Below the pieces are notes generated by a model. That model made no database searches. It saw nothing but the letters and a program-made list of their open reading frames with translations, and was not told where the DNA came from. DNA of 63,881 nt, counting the filler, from Phoronis australis (Eukaryota; Animalia; Phoronida), in NCBI GenBank assembly GCA_002633005.1. It is 5 parts of 5 records of this genome, joined end to end, with 100 filler letters (N's around TTAATTAATTAA, not from the genome) between each part and the next. Parts side by side here need not be neighbours in the genome. Positions count along the whole stretch, not along the records: positions 53,024 to 59,950 come from NMRA01000398.1; positions 60,051 to 63,881 come from NMRA01002820.1; 3 more parts are not named here. The stretch is one strand, 5' to 3'. This document shows positions 53,365 through 63,881 of this stretch, piece by piece; the stretch's first letter is position 1, and every line of letters begins with the position of its first letter. The position numbers and the translations under genes are program-made.

Positions 53365-56300
53365 CTTTTTTACATATCTTTTTCTTTACGTGGGAGTGTC
53401 ACAATCAATATCAATTGCCTCTAATTCTTGTTTTTTGTGAAATCGCGAAATCATTTATATTAAGGAAGGTGACATGATGAAGGAACCAGGGTTACTCGTT
53501 GATAGAATCAAATGCCACTCTTGTCCATTTTTAAAAGGATATTGTCTTTCACAATAAAACTACTTGGGCAGTATGCCTATCGTATTAAAGGGCCGCCGCA
53601 GACGGGGTGCTTTTCGTGGAGGGAGGTCCGGGCAATTGCCCCTTTGCACCCTATAAATCTGACCATGGCCAAATGTCCACTATTCATGTAGAAAAATCAA
53701 ATTGGTCATGAAAACCGCAGACGAAGCGCATGAAAATCAAGAAATGCGACTCAAACAATTACATACGTGAGGCTCTAATAAAAGTCAATGCGAAACAGCT
53801 CTATCCGACTCCAGCAATGTGCATTACTATTTTTCTAACATGAAAAACAATGTTCTAAGAAATTCATGTTTTGGTAAATGTTGACGTAGGTTGATGAAAT
53901 TTCAGTCAGTTCAAAATCATTTGCCCGTCCACGGGGGCAGAGGTACAGCAACTAGATACTCTGGTAATAGGTAATAATATTTTGTTCATGAAAGGATACC
54001 CAAGTTTGTCGCGGTTGCCTCTACGGGGTATGCCTCAAAGCAACTAAGTTCTATGGCGAGGTAGCTGAAAACTGCTGACGATCAGGTTGAAAGTGGCTGA
54101 AGTTGCGGCAAGAGGGAGTAATCTGACCTTGGTATCACGGGGCGAAGGCTAAGCAAAATACAATTACTTTGTATCCGAGTGTTGTAGGCGAGTGTTGTAG
54201 ACAAACGTGTTGAAACTAATCACGGTGAAATGTTTTCATAGACAAATGGAAAGCAAAGAAAAATTTCCAATTAAATCTAACGCTTCGAGTTAAGCTACGA
54301 ATCGCGTCTGAGTTCGAAGATTAGATCCTGAACCCTGTTGACCATTCCATGCATACGTAATAATTAACTGAAAAATTTGAGTGACTACGTCACAGCAGAA
54401 CCTCGTGTATGATGTCTATGTGAGGTCACAAAAGACATTACCGAAAATGTACACGAACTTTCATGAAGATCCACAGAAAAACGGAAAACAAAATTTAGAA
54501 TTGATACGAACATCGCATGTGAAAGGTACGTAGAAAAACAAGTGTTCCCTCAACCTCTTCACCTGCAATCAAAACCACGCATAGCGCAACATCACAACTT
54601 CGTCATTTCTTTCTCAGTGCAATAGCGTTATCGCGTACACTTTTGTCTGAGTATGCTATTCGTTCCTAATGTCATTGCAAGGCTTCCAGAAGATTATGTC
54701 TCGGACAACAGCGGGAATTTTACAAGTGCTTCAGCCGAGTCCACGACTCCCTCATTGAAGCCATGCCATTAGGCTTAACGAACTTTGACTTACCGTTACG
54801 TTCTTTACCTGTTCGAGTTCAAATTCATATAGAATGCCTGAACTTCCCCTGACGACCATAATGTTTCGTCGACTGAAACTAACCCGCCGCGACGAGGACC
54901 TTGCTAAAATCTAGCTACAATCACTTGTTCTCAATTAAAATACACGGCAATATCTCACGTAATGTCGCCAAGTCTAGCTTTTTAGCGAGGTCCTAACGTT
55001 ACTGAACTGTACCCATGTCAGATGTACTTAAAAGAGCAGGCCATCAAAAACGACGTATTTTGCATGACTTTGGCTTGTTTACTTCCATTTCATGATTGCA
55101 CTTAAAGTTCTTTTTCTTGGAACTAAACGGACAGACAAAAGTGCTAAAATTAACCTGTGACATCAGCGGATCATAAACGTGTGTGGTGTGGTTCACACTT
55201 GGCATAAACCGAGAAAGTTTATTATTGTCTGGACTAATCGTTTTACACCAATAAAACATAAAACTATGACGCAGACTGATTTTAGATACATTAAATATAC
55301 TCAAGAGTTGTCTTATTTGACAATTTGCGCGAAGGCGTGTGTTGAAGGTGATCTCGAAACTGATCGGCGTTTAACCACCTGCGGGCTATGCGAAAACGTT
55401 GATCATCAATCTTACACGCGTATGCTGAAGTTTGATTGGAGCCCATTATGTATGGTAATCAGTCCTTTCAACGTTATCACGAGCCTCAAAAGATGCTGCT
55501 TGAAAAGGGTGCCATTCTTATGCCCGCCGGTTGGGAATGTTCTAAATCCCGTCAATGCTGTTTCCCTTAAACGAGGTAGCTGCATCCGCACCAGAAGTTC
55601 TTGGTGCCGTGGTGATGACATTGGCAGCGCTACTCTCACCACATGAGGGCCCTGGGAAGGGACTATGAAAAGGGGTTGACGGAGACAGTTTGGAGAAACC
55701 ATTTCTCGCCGCGATCTTACTGCTACGGTTTTTTACCATCTTTTTTGTCTCGCCAGCGATTTGTCTCGATTTCACGGACGTTCTTTTCATCCCTGTTTTA
55801 ACAACAAGGTCAATTAACGTTCGTGAAATCCAGGATTAAAGCTAATGAACAGAGCAGCTTTCCAAAGGCATATCAGTTTAGAAGTGCGCATGCAAACCTT
55901 GTGAAAAGTCGAGAAATAGCCTCTGACTAGTTGAAGGCATTTATTGTCAACAAACTTATGTGGTCAGCTCTTGGTAGCGTTTGGCAATTGATCGGTACCA
56001 AAGCACTTTTTACGTCTTGAAGTCTCATTGGTTTTATTTCGTCAAAATTAGACTCAGGATACTAGCAAAGTAAAGGGGGTCCATTTCAGTCCCCCAAAAT
56101 TGGAAGGCAAGGGACCCAACAAAAAGAATGCAACCGGGCATTGGCCAAATGTTCACACGGCCTGTTGTCAAATGACCGACGAAGAAAGATACCGTCCAAT
56201 TTGAGCTACTTTTTATATGTTTGGATGCAATTGGAACATATTTGGTATTTTGATGCAGTTCTGTGATTTCCTAGAGCCTGCACCTGTACGAAACAGTAAA

Positions 56301-56710
56301 TTATGATCCAGTTCAAAATCTTCGCTATAATGACACATGCCATCTACAGCGTCCTTCTATGTATTCCAGAATCTGCTACAGCTTCTGCGACGGTCGCACA
56401 AAAGGCAAGTCATGTTTTTCATTTAATCGATGCAGATATTTGCATATATTAGCTCCCTTTATTTAGAGTAACACCTTGCTCGTTTCAACCTTAGGAAAAT
56501 GCCGAAAGTGTTTTGATGTTTCCTTGAGACTAAAAGTGGTGCTTATTCGACTGCATCGGGACGTTGGAGGGGCACTCTCACGAGGCTCAAAATCTTATAT
56601 TCTACTGTATGTAAAAAGATAATGAATGTTTGTGTGTTATGACCAGAAATTGCCGACTTAAGGTGAAAGAAAATCTGTTTATCTGCTTATCTGTAAATGA
56701 CACAGAACAG

Positions 56711-57960
56711 TTATTCAAACAGCGTAACGACACGTATTGGCGGCAAAACAGTGTGATCACCAGGAGAACTATTACACTACCACAGATAGTAGTTGATGAG
56801 CCGCCAACAACGCCAGATCTCATCCAAGCAGTCTCTATAACAAGCAGCCAAAAACAAGCCAATGGTAATCGCCTCATGCCGGTCGCCCTCCCGAAGTTGT
56901 ATCCCCAACAGGACGACGTAGACGCGTGCCGTATCATAAGGCAGGCACTGTAAGTCATTTTGGTATTTGGCTCAGAAGCGTCTGGGCAAGTGACTTGTCT
57001 GGGGTCAAATTAGGCGTCTGATGACAAGTGCAGAAATGCCTTTTTGTCGTAAAACGCAAAGGGAAACTCTATAATTTTTAGGACTATTGATGGTTCAGCT
57101 GTTAGAGATTGTGTTTGAGCAGTCTCGCGACATTCTTAATAAACCACTATCATAGACTCGGGAACACTTATACTGAAAGCTTGACTCGAAGGTGGTTCCA
57201 ACAAGGGATTCAAAATTATATCGTAATATGCTACGCGATTAATCAAGTCTCCAGTCGAGTATCGAGTAAAGACTGGTGTTCCGATTCGCGATATGTTCAG
57301 CTTGCAGGTAAGTGTCATGGTAGGGTCCACTAACTTGCCGCTTAGAACTGCTGAACCGCGTCAAATAACCCTTCCTTTAAGCGCTTACTTCCTTCTGTTC
57401 TTGTTACACTAGAGAAAAAGAAGTCAGCCCACTTCTCAAGACACCGAAAGCGAAGGGAAAAGAAACGGTGAAGAATCTCCTGAAGTACAGCAGATTGATT
57501 ATCAGATCTCTACATCCGGGCAAGTCTTGGTACGCGGAGTAACTTTTACTGATCACGCAGTATGCGGATAAATAAGCCAACTGCAAGTAACACACATGTC
57601 CACTGCTCAGTTAGAATTGGACTTCTAAGCATCAATTTACATAGTTTGGTTAAAAGAATAACAACCTATTGTCCAACTGTAGCTAAAACCAATAGTTTGA
57701 ACCTGAAAATATGACAACCATGAGCGGCACATATACATGGCATTGACACAGATCGACTGCCAACTTTTAGGGAAAACAACTGGACATACTTGCTGCTCCT
57801 CAAGGAAAGATTGCAACAATGCCAACAAGTTTACCTCCTGGAACAGGAGACTTACAAGCACTTGCACGACGTCTGCCAATTGACAAGAAGCCCCGTGAAA
57901 CGCGTATCTGTTTCTGCGTTTGAACTACTTGAATATATCAGTCGCATGAAGATTGTGAGA
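56711..57960 (+). CDS. Two candidate exons (~56711-56949 and 57771-57960) of an unidentified gene, possibly HEAT/ARM-like
   Basis: Donors CT|gtaagt and AGA|gtgagt, acceptor cttttag|G; the phase-2 join gives ...DACRIIRQAL/ENNWTYLLLLKERLQQCQQ...HLHDVCQLTRSPVKRVSVSAFELLEYISRMKIVR. Confidence 0.45.
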
Positions 57961-58976
57961 GTGAGTGTCTTTCTTTTCCTTAACGTATGGTACGCGTTCT
58001 AAAAACGTTTTTGTTCGACCGATATCAAAAGTGAAATATAGCTCGTGTGTGCTCGAGGAGGGGCACATAATGTAAATTTTCCCCAAAAGTAGGTGTGAGT
58101 TTGGGAAACAATTCTCCGCTCTAGCAGTCCACTTCCTATGCTACCAATTTCATCTCCACCTCAGTCACCGATTTCCCGGTCGCCAGCAATTTTCTCGCCA
58201 CCCCCACTCACTGCCTTTTCAACCCTCCGACAGCTACCGAATTCTACCTTCGGTCGCCACCAATTTCACCTAACTCACTGAGTTTGCCATCAAACTCCTA
58301 ACTTGAGTGGTTTATTTATTGTATATTTCGCCGACGATGTGCCCTCCCTACTACCCTTCCTGTGTTTTATTTGCCATTGGATGCGACGCTGCCAGAATTT
58401 TGTTTGACACGAACTTTCTATAAATTTTGTTTGAATCTGGGGGATAAATTGTCCACCTGACCCACTGGCCAATACACTCATGGCAAACACTGATGCAGAG
58501 TTCACACATAAAACCATTGCAAAGTTCAAAGAAGTTGCAGATGCACTGGTGTAGACCCTATCTCTTTTTTTCTCGTGTTGCTTAGTGAATTAAGGTCAAT
58601 CTTCAGTTGGTTAATTCTGTTTTCAACAATAAGCCACTTGAGAGGCTGAAAATCCATATAACTGATGTAAGTACGAGAGTGTAAACCGAGTATTCATCCA
58701 GTGAGTTTGTTTTGACGAACCTGAAGCTTACTGAGGACACTATACAAGTCTTTCTAGTGGAAAGCCGGTATTAAGAAGCATAGCTAACTTATAAAATGAT
58801 TAAGAAATTACTTAACAATGCTGCCTTTATTATTGTAGCTACTACCTTTTTCGTTTAACTCTGAATCGGTTGATAGATTTGTCCCTTTGCCGAGTTTAAG
58901 GTGAATTTCAACGGTCCAACTTGTAGTTAGACACTGTTTGAAAATGGTAATCACACTATAAATATCCGGCACATAA

Positions 58977-59312
58977 CAGTGGCGGATCTACGGGGGGGTT
59001 CAGGGGGTTTAAACCCCCCCTCGGGCCAGGACCCAAAAATTAAAAAAACAAAAAACAAAACAAAAACGTCTCCAGCAAAACAAAAACGCCGGCACCGCCA
59101 GCGTGTGTAAACCCCAAGTAAACCAACCTGGAAAAAATGAGGGGGGGGGGGTTCACTCTGAAAATATATTTTTTGAATTGTGAATTGCTGTTATGAAAAT
59201 CAACGCGTTTCGAGTCTTCGTGGCTCATCGACAAAACCCCGGAGATCAATTGTGCGCGCGCTTCCGACGACACTTCTGAAGTAGCCAAGCATTTTAGATG
59301 GATCCACCGCTG
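58977..59312. mobile_element. MITE of the CAGTGGCGGAT family
   Basis: cagtggcggatc...gatccaccgctg with internal G/C runs. Confidence 0.6.
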
Positions 59313-59950
59313 AAAGAGCAGCTCTATAGCTGATTTCTTTAGATAACTAGCTTCTTTACTCTAAGATATGTTTTGATTTGATTAGGGAAATACTGTGGTG
59401 CCCCAACCCTGATATTCAGGCGAATTGACGTGCAACGTTTTTACCTCATCTGTCATGCCGTGTCATCGTATTACACCCCACACGTTTGAAACTCGAATTT
59501 GAGTGGTGTACAGTAAAGTTGTCTTGCGCAATATCATACGGTGTACATGTACATGTAATACTTTTGAAAAAAACTTGTTTTCCGAAGAATTGCTATTGTG
59601 GCGGGCGCCGTGGTCTGGTCGCGAGTCTGTTTGAAGATGCACTCTAACAAGTTTTGTCTATACAAGGAATGACCAAGGGGGCACTCACATTGACAAAGTG
59701 ACCGCATTCGCGAACAGTTTACAGTACCAGAAATTGCGGGGAGCCTGTATTTTCACAACAAAGTCTTGCGGGACTCGTGCGATGTTCAATGGGCCTCCTA
59801 AGGAGCCCTAGTGCCGACCTCAACACCTACCGTCTTTCTACCTGCAATAAGCACCACTGCCGTTTTCTATACTGGGAATTTCCGCAGAAAGGCCCAACCG
59901 ACGAAACGCCCATGCTCATGGGCATTTATTTGATGTTTGTACTTCGGGTT

Positions 59951-60050
59951 NNNNNNNNNNNNNNNNNNNNNNNNNNNNNNNNNNNNNNNNNNNNTTAATT
60001 AATTAANNNNNNNNNNNNNNNNNNNNNNNNNNNNNNNNNNNNNNNNNNNN
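59951..60050. other. Artificial contig spacer N44-TTAATTAATTAA-N44
   Basis: Same structure as 21472-21571. Confidence 0.95.
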
Positions 60051-62261
60051 TGCACCATTTGTAAGTGCAATGACTATGGACCAATACTGAGGAACTTCCT
60101 TCTTACTCAGTAAACGTACTGCTGTACTTACCAACATTTCTGTGTTGCATGCCTACCTCTCAGCCCTGAATAGGCGGACAAAACATTGAACCTGCTTCAC
60201 GTAAGGCACATTAGTCATTTTCCGGATAAGTTATGGTGGTATGCGTACATGTGGTGACAGTTAATACAGAAAAGGTGCCAGTCTTATGTGAAACTCAACA
60301 GTTGCTTCACTATCCGAAACTTTCCCAATAATTCCCTTAATTTAAGACAATTCTTGTTTTTTTTCTTAAACCATCTTAAAGTAATCAGTTTTTTTGAAAA
60401 ATTCCAGGTAAAATCAGGTAAAATGAACCAACTTCAATCAGAAATCTGGTCAATTGTTGGCGTGGATTGAGTAACTTGAATAACACACTTATAAAAAGAA
60501 AAAAATATATTATAGAAGCAAACATCAAAACAGTAAATACAGCATTCAAAAGTTCACAAAGGGCAATTACAGAGACTCTGGTTGGCCACACAAATTTTGT
60601 TGTCGTTATTCAGAACAAATGAACACATACAAATACTAAAAACAAACTTGCGAAGAAATGTTACTTGATTCAACATTTCCAGTCCTCAGGTGAACCTGGT
60701 TTTTGTAGAGAAGTGTACAGTGGATGACTTTGCGTTGAAATTGTGTTCACCAACCTCGGAACCAGTACCTGTAAGAACTACTCGAACAGTTACAAGGCTC
60801 ACAAACACTTCTTCAGAGGAGCTCGTTTCAAAGGGTTGAAACATTGAGTCAAACAACACTTCATCGCAGGGTATCATTGCAAACCAAAAAAATACAGCAA
60901 CATGCAAAATTTTATAAATCTAAGCAAATCTATCTATATAGTAAGTCCTTCAAAACACAATGGACAGTGTTATGTTCCGTATGTAACTACACGGCGTAGA
61001 TGAAGCTAACCATAATACCGATGACAACGCGCAGGACGATGACCAAAGCCACGACATTGCCGCCAATTCTTTCAACAATTAACATCGACTGTGTTGTCGG
61101 AAAACCGTCAACAACATCGACGATAACGATAAAACCACATTCAACACTAGCTGAATGACATTCGAAGCACTGTTAAACCGCAAATATTGACAAAGTACCC
61201 GCCATGAAACTAACACCAACGCCACTGACACCCATCGCACGGCAAGACGACATGACAATAAATGGTAAGCCGTAGCGACAAACCCGAATAACATATTTCA
61301 AGTACCCCTGGACATGACATATCTGCAAATTTCAGGAGAATCTGAAATTTGAAGAGTCAAGCACAAATTTGCGACATTCTATTGAGGTCAATCGACAAGA
61401 AAGTGAGGAATGATCAGTCAACAAATGAACAGTCGCCAGAAGATCTCAAATAACTCGAAACCGTTAATAAGTTGCTGCGAGTCATTTGCAATAATTAAAC
61501 TCAAATATCCTAAAATCCGAGAGAAAGCGCTGCAGAATATTCCTTTTAGAATTTTATACCGGCCAATACTTGCAATGCTTGTTCAATCCAGAAGGCACCT
61601 GCAGGTTAAATGGAATACACAAATGGTGCCAACTTGAATACAAATTTCACGTGAACGTCAACAATTTTGTGTAGTCTTCATAAAAATGCAGTATAGCACG
61701 TGTAAACGAAATGTCGTTGCTGTTAGAGAAATGTGTTTTGGGCAAGAAGGAAAAAATTCTCGAAGCTTTAATAATAAAAACTGAAACTCCTGACATTCAG
61801 TAAATTCCCATGATACTGGGTTCCATCGTACCTTGTCGTTATATAAATAATGTCCATATTTTGTAACACCTATGTATTTTATTAAATTTTACAACGTTTT
61901 ATAATTCATTAATTTCCATGACAATTCCTTCTGTAATTGCGCTCTTATATATGCTACCTCATATTAGTGTTTAATGTCAGTGTTCTTGTTTCATGTATCA
62001 TACACGATAGCGTTTATGATTTTAAATTTATTTGCCCTGGATGACTGAAGTCTAGTCGAAGCACAGCATTACTCATATATTTGTGTTCGTGATGCCACTT
62101 ACACTTGGCAATCTACAATTTCAATAGGCCATCTGAAGAAAGATATTTATGTAGACAATGCGAAAGTTTGTTGAACAAGCTATCTAAGGCCAAGAACACC
62201 TTAGTTTTCAATGAAACATATATAAAAGTAAAAAAGATGGTCTGCTACCTAAATACACAGA

Positions 62262-62307
62262 TGTGTGTGTGTGTGTGTGTGTGCGTGTGCGTGTGCGTGT
62301 GCGTGTG
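62262..62307. repeat. (TG)n/(GTGTGC)n microsatellite
   Basis: Directly visible. Confidence 0.95.
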
Positions 62308-63699
62308 ACCAAATTGCGGCGATCGTGTTAGATTAGGTATATGATGAATGGGGGGTTACGTTTCTTCTTGTAATTTGTTGATAAAAATGTGTCATCTGCT
62401 CGTATTTTTGACGAAGTTGAAGATATATTTGACAGTGGTGGCTCATGGCATTTTGATGTCATGTGCAAGTCACATCTCGGCCTTGCAGTGAGTTAGGGAC
62501 TACGGGACTAGTAGTTGATTTGTCATTAACCTGCAAGAATGATTGATGTTATTAAAATTATTTTTCATTAAAATAGAAAACCAGGCTGGTAATTGAAGCT
62601 AGTAGGCCTACTTTTTGACCATTTGGTTCTTCAGGTTTCAAATACCAATCTGGACCAAGTTGGGTTTTAAAATTAAACAACCTAGTTCGTTCGTTCACAG
62701 CATAACCTGAAAAAATAACTCATCTCGGTTTAGAGCTTATTTTCAGTTAACGGAGCAGAACAAGCATAGTTATCATGTTCATTCAGGGGCCTCGTTCATC
62801 CGAGGGGAAAGGTGCCTGTGTCTTCGCCTAGTGAGGAATAAATTCTACCTCCCGATTACCATCAATGGCAGCGCCCCCGTCCTGTTGCAAGCTCTCGTAG
62901 GCTCGGTCTCAAGTAGCATTTTGTCACTTGTGTAGTTACAAGTGATTTCAACCGCGAGTGGAAATTTTCACTCACATTAGGGTTATTTTTAGGCCTCGTG
63001 AGGGGATTATCCCGTGATGTTTCAATATTTTTGAAAGCGAAATGGGTCCGATAATCGGCCCCAAAATTGAGGGATTGAAGGCCCTGTCCTGTTTGGAACA
63101 AATGCGTCATGTTTCAACCGGTAGTCATGAAACCACAGCCTGGCTGGACGAAGATTCACCGGTCTTTGCTATGATATCGGCATCCGAAATGCGACAAAAT
63201 GTGTTCAGACTTTCGAAAACATTTATAAATTTTAACCGGAAATATTTTTCTTCGTCGCGGCGTATGGCAACGACCCAACGCTTCCGAATCTCAACGTCCT
63301 TGGGGATTGTAAAACAGACAGTTGAATGTCCGTATTTTTTCTATGGCCGTTCGAACAACGCGGAACACAACTATTGCGATTAGTCATTTATCGGAATTAT
63401 GGTAGTGAGCGCGATTCTTGTCCGCGTGAATTAGGCATATGAAGTGAAAATTGGTCAAGTAGAGATTTTGTCAACAAAAACCAAAGCGTTGAGCTATTCA
63501 TTGTTAAGACGTTCCCAGCATGGTTTATCAGCTAATTATTTAACAAGATGATGTCCAGCTTTTTTCGACTTAAAATACTTCACGTGCACGTGGACATGAT
63601 CTGGGCCCGGTCTCCAATCTTTTTACTCGAAAATTAGGTTTGGCATTTTCTACTCTACTTTTGGGCGAACTCAAGATAAGTGTCTATTATACCACGACA

Positions 63700-63881
63700 T
63701 TAGCGTCAAATGGCAGATACAACCGTGTAATAACCCATAAAGTTATCTCACTAGTGAGATAACGATTTGGCGGGAAACCGAGGACGGGGTCGAACCCGGG
63801 ACCCAAATATTGCTGGTCGTCGACTTTACCACTACACCACGCAGCGACTGACGTCATCAAGAGTGAAAATAGAATACTTAA
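63700..63881 (-). mobile_element. tRNA-like/palindrome interspersed repeat, copy 3 (runs off the window end)
   Basis: Palindrome at 63742-63763, B box ggttcgacccc, A box tggtgtagtgg, TGACGTCA at 63849-63856. Confidence 0.85.

Noticed and set aside
55179-55790. GC-richer segment with overlapping ORFs on both strands
   Set aside because: No convincing splice boundaries or domain similarity; could still be an exon, but unsupported.

Overview
AT-rich, intron- and repeat-rich eukaryotic DNA, most likely from an invertebrate; the taxon cannot be fixed from sequence alone. Four identical 100-bp spacers (N44-TTAATTAATTAA-N44) split the window into five contigs that may be unrelated. Genes assembled by hand from splice sites, none complete in the ORF track: (1) a 68-aa secreted, strongly acidic six-cysteine CS-alpha-beta (defensin/scorpion-toxin-fold) peptide gene at 3182-9948 (+), the most interesting find; (2) the N-terminal ~558 codons (12 exons) of a DENND3-like Rab GEF at 24011-35652 (-); (3) the last three exons of an ADCY2-type adenylyl cyclase at 49648-52274 (-); (4) two phase-compatible exons of an unidentified, possibly HEAT-like gene at 56711-57960 (+). 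The rest is transposon debris and tandem repeats: an ISL2EU-like element (THAP + YqaJ) inserted in a LINE, a Gypsy gag/LTR remnant, L1/Tx1 RT, Academ-like remnants, a 6.6-kb TIR element, MITEs and a tRNA-like/palindrome repeat family. Several near-identical duplications at N gaps are probably uncollapsed haplotypes. All family assignments rest on remembered motifs, not database searches.
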